Shown piece after piece: positions 26,078-34,574 of a DNA stretch of 64,000 bases. This stretch comes from a virus, in the IMG/VR virus record IMGVR_UViG_3300045988_130724, positions 1 to 64,000 of that record; one strand, written 5' to 3'. Under the pieces are notes generated by a model. It was not told where the DNA came from. It did no database searches and was given only the letters and a program-made list of their open reading frames with translations. A program made the position numbers and the translations under genes. Position 1 is the stretch's first letter, and each line of letters begins with the position of its first letter.

Positions 26078-27202
26078 ATGGATTTTAAGGATCAAGTTAC
26101 ACAGCTATCTGATAATATAAAAAAACAAAAAGACAAGATAGCTACAGAAGAAGCTACAAAAAACGCATTTATAATGCCAATGATTGCAGCCTTAGGATAC
26201 GATGTTTTTAACCCTTTTGAGGTCGTGCCTGAAATGGATTGTGACTTAATAAAGAAAAAAGGAGAAAAAATCGATTATGCCATAATGAAGAATGAAAATC
26301 CTATACTTCTTATAGAATGCAAACACTGCAAGCAAGACCTAAACCTGCATGACACCCAACTACAAAAATATTTTGTAGCGTCAAAAGCGCGTTTTGGCGT
26401 GCTTACAAATGGAATAGAGTATAGATTTTACACCGACCTGGAGAAAATAAACATAATGGATGAGAAACCGTTTCTTGTCGTGAACATGCTTGACTTATCA
26501 GATGCGGATATAGAGCAACTAAAGAAATTCCATAAGTCATATTACAATGAAGAGGATGTTCTAAGTACGGCAAACGAATTGAAATACACGACAGAAATAA
26601 AATCAATATTGAATAACGAATTTGCATCACCTACAGCAGAATTTGTTCGGTTCTTTGCACGTCAAGTCTACACTTCAGGGCAAATCACATCAAAGGTGAT
26701 AGATATGTTTACCCCACTCGTTAAGAAATCTATCACATCTGTTATTAATGATATTATTTCTGATAGACTAAATACAGCTATAAAAAACAGCGAGCAAACA
26801 TCTGACTCACTCCCAACGATAGACAATACATCCATAAATACTTCCACAGAAGATACAGAAGAGAAACTCCCGGGCGGAGTTGTATACATGGATAAAGAAT
26901 CCGGTGTCGTAACAACACAAGAGGAATTAGATGCCTACAACATCGTAAGAAGCATTTTAAGAAAAAGTGTGGATGTGGCTCGCATAACCTATAAAGACTA
27001 TAAAAGCTACTTCGTTGTAAATATTGATAACAGCCAATGGTACTGGATATGCCGTATTTCTATCGGAGCAAGAAAAAAGCAAATAGGAATACCGGCAGAC
27101 CAATATAAGAGTTGTGAATGGATTCAGATAGACAACGCGGATGATATATTCAAATATGCAGACAGACTTGAAGAAGCATTAAAATTAGCAATGGGGGAAT
27201 AA
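26078..27202 (+). CDS. PD-(D/E)xK nuclease-fold protein, type I restriction HsdR-N-terminal-domain-like, with an uncharacterised C-terminal domain
   Basis: 374 aa. 'IDYAIMKNENPILLIECKH' (D...ExK) and 'FGVLTNGIEYRFY' resemble the HsdR_N family. It is on the strand opposite to the tail genes. Confidence 0.55.
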   Translation: MDFKDQVTQLSDNIKKQKDKIATEEATKNAFIMPMIAALGYDVFNPFEVVPEMDCDLIKKKGEKIDYAIMKNENPILLIECKHCKQDLNLHDTQLQKYFVASKARFGVLTNGIEYRFYTDLEKINIMDEKPFLVVNMLDLSDADIEQLKKFHKSYYNEEDVLSTANELKYTTEIKSILNNEFASPTAEFVRFFARQVYTSGQITSKVIDMFTPLVKKSITSVINDIISDRLNTAIKNSEQTSDSLPTIDNTSINTSTEDTEEKLPGGVVYMDKESGVVTTQEELDAYNIVRSILRKSVDVARITYKDYKSYFVVNIDNSQWYWICRISIGARKKQIGIPADQYKSCEWIQIDNADDIFKYADRLEEALKLAMGE

Positions 27203-27220
27203 TTATTAAAAGCGTACATT

Positions 27221-27925
27221 ATGAAAAGAATTTTATTTTTTATGGCAATGTTGCCTATGTTTTTTTTAACAGCTTGTTCAGATGACAATGAAATACAAAA
27301 AGATGGAGAGACAGGAAATGGAAATCCGCCTTTATCTTCCATTGTTGGAACTTGGGAAAGTGGAAATTATTTTGTTTCATTTGGAGAAGATGAATTTTAT
27401 TCCGCATATATAGCAGATGAATTTATTGACAGTGGAGACTATAAACAAACAGAAAACGAGGTTACATGTTCAAATAATTACTTTAATAGAAAAACAGTCT
27501 ATACTATTAAAAACATATCTAAGACAGAGATGAAGGTGCAAGTTTCATATACCGACCTGTATGGAAAAACTAATAGCAAAGACATGACTTTTACAAAGTC
27601 AAATGAAACCATAGTATCAAAAAGCAACACGTTGGCAGGTAAATCCATTACATCATATTCTTCTTACTTTGGAAATGTTACAAGAACATTTAATTCCTTT
27701 AATGCTGGGGTAAAATCAGCAACAAAAGGTAGTGCCGCAAAATATCCTTTAAATTTTTTCTATATCTATATCGGAAATAAAATGTATCATCAAGTTCTAA
27801 GAAACAACTCAATTCAAGTTCCTAGTATTGGAGGTTGGTCAACAAACTACAATGAGGTGATATGCTGGGAATTGCATTTCTCTGCCAATGGTTCTATAGA
27901 TAGTTTCGATAAAATCGAAATATAA
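27221..27925 (+). CDS. lipoprotein (lipocalin-like?)
   Basis: 234 aa. Signal peptide with lipobox 'MLPMFFLTAC'. 'GTWESGNYFVSFGEDEF' is typical of Bacteroides lipocalin-like lipoproteins. Confidence 0.7.
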   Translation: MKRILFFMAMLPMFFLTACSDDNEIQKDGETGNGNPPLSSIVGTWESGNYFVSFGEDEFYSAYIADEFIDSGDYKQTENEVTCSNNYFNRKTVYTIKNISKTEMKVQVSYTDLYGKTNSKDMTFTKSNETIVSKSNTLAGKSITSYSSYFGNVTRTFNSFNAGVKSATKGSAAKYPLNFFYIYIGNKMYHQVLRNNSIQVPSIGGWSTNYNEVICWELHFSANGSIDSFDKIEI

Positions 27926-27934
27926 AATAAATAC

Positions 27935-27965
27935 ACAATGTCATAGTTTTAAACTATGACATTGT
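27935..27965. terminator. bidirectional hairpin terminator between convergent genes
   Basis: Near-perfect inverted repeat acaatgtcatagttt / aaactatgacattgt, followed by a T-rich stretch. Confidence 0.6.
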
Positions 27966-28053
27966 TCTATTTCACCGATAAATCACGAAAGTTTTTGTAT
28001 AACCCTCGTGATTTTTTTGCCTTTTATTTGTCGCGCTGTTCTATTTGTCGTAT

Positions 28054-28767
28054 TCAGTCCCATCTCATAGCCTTAATCCTTGCCATATTTGCCGGATCAT
28101 CGGCATTGATGATATCACGGTCTTGAGGTATGTTAACTCGCTTACGTTCCTCGTCAGACAAATATATGGATGTTACGGAATCGGCAAGAAGCAATTGTAA
28201 ATTGGCATAGCTAATACCCCAAACAACATATTCAAAAGTCCATCCGTACCGTTGACAAGCTGTATCTATCAATGTGCCATATATACTTTTGCCGCCAAAT
28301 GTAAGAGAATTATTATCCTTCTTGGCTCTCATAGCTTTTGCTTGCCACTCTTTTTCCTTATCTATTCCAAGGTGTTTCATATATGCTGATATGTCTCCTT
28401 CAGGCAATACCATAACCAACAGTTGTGCCATGCTGTCATCGTCAAGCTCCTTGCAGAAGAAATCGCACCTTTCCTGTACGAGATTGCAGTCAAACAGCTC
28501 ATCTTTCTTATTGATGGTATGATAGGACAAAATACGGCACACGCTTTCTTTTTTTCCCTGACACAGTCTCAACGCTTCCATATACGGATTAGCCTTGATA
28601 ATTTCCAGATTTATGCCAAGACACTCCACAATCCTTGATATTAGGTATGTTTTTCCAAGAGTAACCGGATATAGATAAAACTGACGTTGATTTACTTTAA
28701 AACCATGCGGACGTTCAATTATAGTATCCGCAATGTCCATGTCTATAAGTTTCCCATCTTCTAACAT
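28054..28767 (-). CDS. tail assembly chaperone candidate (by position)
   Basis: 237-aa ORF between the tail tube candidate and the tape measure gene (with the moron in between). I found no slippery-site or frameshift partner. Confidence 0.35.
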   Translation of the reverse strand: MLEDGKLIDMDIADTIIERPHGFKVNQRQFYLYPVTLGKTYLISRIVECLGINLEIIKANPYMEALRLCQGKKESVCRILSYHTINKKDELFDCNLVQERCDFFCKELDDDSMAQLLVMVLPEGDISAYMKHLGIDKEKEWQAKAMRAKKDNNSLTFGGKSIYGTLIDTACQRYGWTFEYVVWGISYANLQLLLADSVTSIYLSDEERKRVNIPQDRDIINADDPANMARIKAMRWD

Positions 28768-28983
28768 AACAGTTCTTGTTTTTTTTAATTAATGCCGGAT
28801 ATCTTCACAGACAACCGGCATGAAAAGACATATGAACAACAAATCAAATTCTCAAAATCGAGCGGAAACACAGATTCGGACTGTGACCTCATATCTGGTT
28901 GATATGTGTGCATCCATTACACCATTTCCGCAAAACACGTGAGTACAAAGCCCCCACGCTTGGCATTACCTATCAAAAACTTA

Positions 28984-29526
28984 TTACCCACCGGGATTGG
29001 GAGCAACTTCAAATTTATCTCCATCTCCGGATGTGTCTTCCGGATCACATTCAATCTTAGTTGGCTTACCAGAAGCAGGCGTTGTTATAATCTTGCCCCA
29101 TTGAATCTGTTTTTTGTCCGAACCCGGTTTCAAGGCATCAAAAGTATACGCCCAAATACCACCATCTGCCGCTGTAAATGAATCCTCAACAGAAACGGTA
29201 GTTTTCTCCATACAGAATCCCTGAACATCAGGATCTTCGGGCTGCAAAGCAACAGCATAATTATGTGCTACCACTCCATCACTATCACTTATAGGACGCT
29301 TACGCCCTTTTGCAGCACGAATATTGAAAGTAAGAGCATAGGTGTTTTTTCCATACTTTACATCCTCGTTCTCTCCTCCTTCAATCTTTGCTTCTTTCTT
29401 GTCACCTTTTGTTGTTGTCAACTGTGTGGAATCCTCTACCGGAGTAGGCAATTCTTCCCATGAAGGTGATACTGCATCAAGGTCTTTAATAAAAATACGG
29501 GGCTTACCCCATCCGATTACTGCCAT
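28984..29526 (-). CDS. major tail (tube) protein candidate
   Basis: 180 aa. The call rests on its position after the head-tail joining genes and its beta-rich composition. Confidence 0.5.
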   Translation of the reverse strand: MAVIGWGKPRIFIKDLDAVSPSWEELPTPVEDSTQLTTTKGDKKEAKIEGGENEDVKYGKNTYALTFNIRAAKGRKRPISDSDGVVAHNYAVALQPEDPDVQGFCMEKTTVSVEDSFTAADGGIWAYTFDALKPGSDKKQIQWGKIITTPASGKPTKIECDPEDTSGDGDKFEVAPNPGG

Positions 29527-29555
29527 AGTTCTATATTGCTTAATATAGTTAATAC

Positions 29556-29981
29556 TTATTCGTTATTTATTTCAATATACAGTTTGTTGTTGATGAAATG
29601 TTCCATGTGTCCATCCTCAAAAGAAACACCTGTTGGATTGGTTTTCTGACTGCATTTCGAAGGCACAGTATGATACTCATCTTTCCGTATAAAAAAAAGG
29701 AACTTGCATAATTCGCATAATTCACCGACACGTTGGGTATTCTTTTCCCATGCCTTTGTTCTAGCATTCCATTGGTCCCTAACATAAACATTGACATTCA
29801 CATAAGCCCGCTGAATCTGACCGCATCCTTCATTAGCAAGAACAGATATAACAATATCCTCTCTGTCTGACTTGTTAGGTCTTCCCCTGTCACTCAATTT
29901 TCCAGTAATATCACTTTCAAGGCTGCTACCTTTAATCTTGTGATAAACGAACTTTGCAATATCAATATCTGATTTCATCAT
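29556..29981 (-). CDS. tail completion / terminator protein candidate
   Basis: 141-aa ORF with a 4-nt overlap with the upstream gp10-like gene. Confidence 0.4.
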   Translation of the reverse strand: MMKSDIDIAKFVYHKIKGSSLESDITGKLSDRGRPNKSDREDIVISVLANEGCGQIQRAYVNVNVYVRDQWNARTKAWEKNTQRVGELCELCKFLFFIRKDEYHTVPSKCSQKTNPTGVSFEDGHMEHFINNKLYIEINNE

Positions 29982-30439
29982 TTGGCAATCTGTCTCTTTA
30001 ATTTTTCAAGCATCTTGGGAACTTGGTCTATTGACCATAATTCCGTTGATGCAAGCACATCCTTGTTATCCATCGCTTCCACGTATTCAGCATAGTTCAT
30101 TCCGGCAACTATAACAAGAACATAGTCATTGGGATATCTTCTAGCCAGTTCTTCTGCCAAGTCTTTGCCGACTTTTACACCTTCTGAACCCTGCTTCACC
30201 TGATTAAAGTCCGAGTATTGGATAATACTGCCATTATGGGCTATTACATAGCCAACTGAACTACGCAGATTACCGGACTGGTCATACCAACTTTTGTCAC
30301 CACCTCTATCACGTACCCTGATAACACATTGTTCACCAAGATACGACAAGGCGCGTATTGTCAGCCTCTCAACCCGTTCTGCCTCTTTCATCAGTATTTT
30401 ATGAATCTCATCCAGTTTGGAAGTCATTCTTATTCCCAT
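29978..30439 (-). CDS. HK97 gp10-like head-tail joining protein
   Basis: 153 aa. 'SGNLRSSVGYVI' resembles the gp10-family 'TGNLRSSI' motif. Confidence 0.55.
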   Translation of the reverse strand: MGIRMTSKLDEIHKILMKEAERVERLTIRALSYLGEQCVIRVRDRGGDKSWYDQSGNLRSSVGYVIAHNGSIIQYSDFNQVKQGSEGVKVGKDLAEELARRYPNDYVLVIVAGMNYAEYVEAMDNKDVLASTELWSIDQVPKMLEKLKRQIAK

Positions 30440-30442
30440 ATA

Positions 30443-30772
30443 CTAAACCCAAATCTTGCACTGAAGTTGGTAACGATGAAAACCTTTCACATTAAACTCT
30501 CTTTCAATTCCTCCAAGCAAAATCAACTTTACCCTATCACCTATTGTGAAATTACGGCAGTCCGGAGGAAGGTTGTACACCTCATAAGAGTATTTTCGTG
30601 TTACACCGTCTTCAAACTCCTTTTCATCTGCCTTACCGGAAGGAACAGCATCACAAGGAATATCACCTTCCCAATGGTCTTCTCCAGGATGGTAATCTCC
30701 GTTTCCATCCTCATACCCCGAAGCGGAAACGAGGTACTGTAATCTGTTAGAATTTCTGTTCAATACCGCCAT
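30443..30772 (-). CDS. head-tail adaptor / head closure protein candidate
   Basis: The track ORF starts at 30790. The ATG at 30772 ('MAVLNRN') avoids overlap with the upstream stop. The function is assigned by position. Confidence 0.4.
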   Translation of the reverse strand: MAVLNRNSNRLQYLVSASGYEDGNGDYHPGEDHWEGDIPCDAVPSGKADEKEFEDGVTRKYSYEVYNLPPDCRNFTIGDRVKLILLGGIEREFNVKGFHRYQLQCKIWV

Positions 30773-30773
30773 T

Positions 30774-31112
30774 CTACAATAAACAATCACCTACATATAC
30801 CGTTGGTTTTGCCTCCAGTTCTACTAAAGGTTCACCAATAGTCTTGTAAATGGAGTTAACACGTAAAAGTATCCGTTCTTTATCTTTATCAGATAAAGCC
30901 CCGAAGGACTTGTCTGCTTCAGAGAAATTGATAGCCTGGACCAAAGACCAAAGACAATCAGCTAAAGCTCCCTGGTATTCGTTAGAATGATCTATATCAT
31001 GACCAAACTCATCATCACCATTAAGATTACGTTTAATCATCACATTCTCTACAAAACCGATAGAAATCGGATAGTGTATTTCGTCTATGAGAGCTTGCTG
31101 TATTGTCTTCAT
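30774..31112 (-). CDS. head-tail connector (gp6-like) candidate
   Basis: 112-aa ORF directly after the capsid gene. Confidence 0.4.
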   Translation of the reverse strand: MKTIQQALIDEIHYPISIGFVENVMIKRNLNGDDEFGHDIDHSNEYQGALADCLWSLVQAINFSEADKSFGALSDKDKERILLRVNSIYKTIGEPLVELEAKPTVYVGDCLL

Positions 31113-31115
31113 GGG

Positions 31116-32453
31116 TTACGATGCTTTATGTGATTCAACCGCTTTTTTCAATGCTTCTTCGTCTGCGTCACTTAATCTGTTGACTGCTGCGATCAGCTTA
31201 TCGTCAGAAACGGTGGGAGTAAGGTTCCTGCCTGCAATCTTATTATATTCCGTCACAAACTCCGGTTTTTTGTAAGTTACTCCCCAAATTGTAATCTTAA
31301 CATCAGAAGAATCTTCCCCTTCTTTTGTTGTGTCTACTGTTTGGGCTTCTAATATATCCAAAGAGTAGATTTGATCTACATTTTCGATAACCGGTAAGCA
31401 AATAGCCTGTCCGCTTGTAAATTCCCGTAACGGATCTGTCTTAGAGTAACGGCTAATCAACTTGTATTCATCAACGGTAGTATATTCAACTCCATTAACA
31501 GGATTAGTCGCTTCAGCCAAAGTTCCCCATACAAAAGAACCTACATTATCGGCAGAAGGGAGAAATATCAATTTATTCGCATTCCACGGTTTATAAGATA
31601 CCCTTCGACCGTTCTTTTCATAAGTTACTGAACGGTCAATTTTCAGGAATGAGATACCGTTATATTGGTCAGAGAACGCTTCATCAAATAATGTAGAAGT
31701 AGGTACAGGCAGCTTAGTATCATTATTAAAGGTTTGACCTTGATAATTTGCAGCTAGCTCCTTTGCCCATTGAGACTGACGCATTTTGTTATATGTAGAT
31801 AAAGCCAGCATAATAACTGAAATACTGTTACCGTCATCGTTAGCTTTACTTATAACTCTTTCAATATCATCTCCTGTAACTTCACCAGTAGTAACAACAC
31901 CAAAGCTATGTTCTGGCAAATAACCATAATCAACACGAAGACCTATACCAGTATTTTTATCATCATCACCCTCAACAATGATGATGCCATCGGAGAGTCC
32001 TGTAAGGAAATTTGCTTCATTTCTCTCATCAATACCAATAGAGCAAGCCGTTCCATCGTCTAACACGCGAGTGATTATGCGGTTAAGGACAGATTTCTTA
32101 GCTGCATCCGTACTGGCATTGGATAAATGAGCTCTCATGATGTTGATGGCATTAATTTGACTCTCTTTTAGATTCTTTTTAATTCCGATCTTAGGCAATT
32201 CCCCGTTTGACCGTGCGATAGAATCTCGCTTTTTAGGTGAAAGCGGAGAGTCCATAGCTACCATATCAGCAGCTACATATGTAGTATTAGCAGATGTGCC
32301 TTCCCATTTTTGATCAGGAGAATATACATTAGTAAGCATCGTTTTGTGAAGATAGGTCAATTTCTTGTTTGTTTTATTGATCTTTTCTTTCACATATAGA
32401 CTCAATTTAGGCCATATTCTTCTTACATATTCAATAAATAATGATTCATTCAT
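31116..32453 (-). CDS. major capsid protein
   Basis: 445 aa. It is the largest head-module ORF and is preceded by the scaffold-like and decoration-like genes. Confidence 0.7.
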   Translation of the reverse strand: MNESLFIEYVRRIWPKLSLYVKEKINKTNKKLTYLHKTMLTNVYSPDQKWEGTSANTTYVAADMVAMDSPLSPKKRDSIARSNGELPKIGIKKNLKESQINAINIMRAHLSNASTDAAKKSVLNRIITRVLDDGTACSIGIDERNEANFLTGLSDGIIIVEGDDDKNTGIGLRVDYGYLPEHSFGVVTTGEVTGDDIERVISKANDDGNSISVIMLALSTYNKMRQSQWAKELAANYQGQTFNNDTKLPVPTSTLFDEAFSDQYNGISFLKIDRSVTYEKNGRRVSYKPWNANKLIFLPSADNVGSFVWGTLAEATNPVNGVEYTTVDEYKLISRYSKTDPLREFTSGQAICLPVIENVDQIYSLDILEAQTVDTTKEGEDSSDVKITIWGVTYKKPEFVTEYNKIAGRNLTPTVSDDKLIAAVNRLSDADEEALKKAVESHKAS

Positions 32454-32466
32454 CTTTCACCTCCTT

Positions 32467-32868
32467 TTAATCGTGTAAAAAAGTTAGTTGTGGCAATGCC
32501 GTTTTTAATTCAGCCCTAATGCTGTCAATAGGATAAGGACTTGCCACGTCATTCACTTCACCAGCATACATGATACCAACGAATGGTTTGTCGGCAGGCT
32601 TGGAACAAACAACAACACCGACATATTCATGACTTTCCGGCAATGATTCGTAGGCTGTACCTGCTGAATTAACAGGCATTGGCTTATAAGTATCGTTTTC
32701 TGTATCGCGGATGACAATGTGCCCAGCTTTGATCACAGGCTGTTTAAATTCAGTCATATCTAGCGTCCGACCATTCATAATTCCGCCTAAATAGTTACGA
32801 ATAACAATCGAATCCATTCCGGTTAAGATTGTTTCTTGTTCGTTTACTAAATCAGCTTTTGCACCCAT
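32467..32868 (-). CDS. head decoration / cement protein candidate
   Basis: 133-aa ORF between the scaffold and capsid genes. Confidence 0.35.
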   Translation of the reverse strand: MGAKADLVNEQETILTGMDSIVIRNYLGGIMNGRTLDMTEFKQPVIKAGHIVIRDTENDTYKPMPVNSAGTAYESLPESHEYVGVVVCSKPADKPFVGIMYAGEVNDVASPYPIDSIRAELKTALPQLTFLHD

Positions 32869-32885
32869 TTTTAATTTGTTTTTGA

Positions 32886-33596
32886 TTAAAGGCCTTTAGC
32901 TATTGCTATGACCTCTTCGTCAGTTAATACTTCATTTTTTTCTTGTTTCTTACTACCTGGACCTGGAGGATTACCTAAACTAGAAAGCCCTGCATCGGCA
33001 CGTTCTTGGTTGTAAGATTTCAAATCTTCCTCAACTTCGGAATAGAATTCTTCAAATTCTTCATCATTTTCAAACTTCATTTTATTGAAGGATTTTAATG
33101 TGCGAGCTCCGAATGTACCAGCGTCTTTCAATAAGGATTCAAGTTTTTCTTTACGTGTAGTGGTAACTTTTTCACCTTTCAATGCTGCGATTTCGTCATT
33201 CAGTGTTTGCACTGTCTGAACCAAACCTTTAGCCCATTCCGGAGTATCATCATTCTTTCCTCTGTTTTTGGGATTTTTTTTGTTTAAACCCGGCTGGCGA
33301 TTAGTGGGATTTGATGGGCCATCGTCATCATCGTCATCGGGTTCATCGTCGTCGTCATTCTTTTTGCGGTTTTCTTCGATTACTCGATTTGCAAAAGACT
33401 GGCTGACTTGCAGGTAGGGGAGAACCGCATCGATAGCTGCTTCAATTTCTGCGTTTACGTCCTCATCGGAGACGTCATCTGTGGAGGTTAGGTTATCGGC
33501 AATTCTAGCAGCGATACCCATCACCTCTTTTTTATTGAACCCGAACGCCTTCACTTTCGGTTTCAATTTCAGCAAAACCTGTTGTTTTCTATCCAT
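32886..33596 (-). CDS. scaffolding protein
   Basis: 236 aa. Highly charged and helical, with an acidic run 'DDDDEPDDDDDD'. It lies immediately upstream of the capsid genes. Confidence 0.6.
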   Translation of the reverse strand: MDRKQQVLLKLKPKVKAFGFNKKEVMGIAARIADNLTSTDDVSDEDVNAEIEAAIDAVLPYLQVSQSFANRVIEENRKKNDDDDEPDDDDDDGPSNPTNRQPGLNKKNPKNRGKNDDTPEWAKGLVQTVQTLNDEIAALKGEKVTTTRKEKLESLLKDAGTFGARTLKSFNKMKFENDEEFEEFYSEVEEDLKSYNQERADAGLSSLGNPPGPGSKKQEKNEVLTDEEVIAIAKGL

Positions 33597-33733
33597 TGTA
33601 CAATGTTTTAATTAATAAAAACGGCCTGCAAAACATTACATGCAAGCAGACCGTCAACCTTCTTAATCATACATTAAGAGCAATGAATGTATTCACGACA
33701 AGTTCGGTTGCATGTAACTTCACATGCTTTATG

Positions 33734-33741
33734 CAAATATA
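33734..33741 (-). promoter_or_regulatory. candidate -7 box (TATATTTG on - strand) for the scaffold-capsid operon
   Basis: The plus strand reads caaatata, downstream of the terminator at 33786-33830. I saw no -33 TTTG. Confidence 0.3.
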
Positions 33742-33785
33742 CGAAAAGTGATTCTTTTTACTTCACTTTAAGTGTTAAACTATTA

Positions 33786-33830
33786 TAATAAAACACACGG
33801 CACGAAAGTAATCTTGTACTCCGTGCCGTG
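33786..33830 (-). terminator. intrinsic terminator after the HD-hydrolase gene
   Basis: 9-bp stem cacggcacg/cgtgccgtg (33796-33804 / 33822-33830). On the - strand it is followed by TGTTTTATT. Confidence 0.65.
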
Positions 33831-33857
33831 AAACTGAATGTAATTGTACATCAGTAG

Positions 33858-34289
33858 TTATTCTTTGAGATACTTATAAGCCTTTAGATATTTATTCAGC
33901 CTTGATAAATCGCTCTCTGTAATTTGCTCCAGTCGGGTAATGTCCATATTATCTTCTAAATCGTGTAACTTTACTTGTCTTCCAATCGGATTAAAGCGGG
34001 AACGCTTGATAAAATCTTCATAGCTTTCATCTTTGTTGCGGGTGACAGAAAGAATGGCATCAACGATATTACGAGGAAAGCCTTCCATTAGTAAATATTC
34101 AGCAGTAACTTCAGTATCTTCTATCGTATCGTGCAACAAAGCAACAATTCTTTCTTCATCAGTAGAGCATCTGTTTGAAACACGGATAGGATGGAAAATA
34201 TAAGGTGCTCCAGCTTTGTCAGCTTGATAAAGATGCGCATCAGTTGCTATTTGAAGAGCTTTTTCTAATAGTGAATTAGTAGTTTCCAT
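33858..34289 (-). CDS. HD-domain (p)ppGpp hydrolase (small alarmone hydrolase, RelA/SpoT hydrolase-domain-like)
   Basis: 'APYIFHPIRV' and 'ALLHDTIEDT' match RSH hydrolase motifs. The start is set at the ATG at 34289 ('METTNSLL'). The track start at 34328 would overlap the upstream gene. Confidence 0.8.
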   Translation of the reverse strand: METTNSLLEKALQIATDAHLYQADKAGAPYIFHPIRVSNRCSTDEERIVALLHDTIEDTEVTAEYLLMEGFPRNIVDAILSVTRNKDESYEDFIKRSRFNPIGRQVKLHDLEDNMDITRLEQITESDLSRLNKYLKAYKYLKE

Positions 34290-34300
34290 ATTCCATAAGT

Positions 34301-34561
34301 TTATCTTCCATTGTCTGAATACTCCCATTTTTTATCCCGTTCATACACAGTGTCACATACCTGTCCTTTAATGGGTGAGTTGTGTTTCTGTGTGCCTCTA
34401 AGCAATTCGTCAGGAATACCATCAGGGTAAGCAGAGCAATAATAGTCATCTGCATGAAAATGTTTACAGTATGCGCATTGTGAAGCATACAGATTTAATA
34501 TTTCATGCCTGTCATCTGTACATGAATAATTGTCACCGTTTTTATATAATCTCTTAACCAT
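34301..34561 (-). CDS. Cys-rich small protein
   Basis: 86 aa with 'CAYCKHF...YYCSAYPDG'. It lies immediately upstream of the HD hydrolase gene. Confidence 0.5.
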   Translation of the reverse strand: MVKRLYKNGDNYSCTDDRHEILNLYASQCAYCKHFHADDYYCSAYPDGIPDELLRGTQKHNSPIKGQVCDTVYERDKKWEYSDNGR

Positions 34562-34574
34562 AATGCGAATATAG

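Noticed and set aside
25826-26095. 89-aa - strand ORF spanning the tape-measure start and the moron promoter
   Set aside because: It is AT-rich and low-complexity, and it overlaps two better-supported features (the TMP 5' end and the + strand promoter/ATG).
28054-28983. Programmed -1 frameshift expected for tail assembly chaperones
   Set aside because: I found no overlapping downstream frame or obvious slippery heptamer linked to an extended ORF. The 216-bp gap at 28768-28983 has only a 7-bp hairpin and no ORF.
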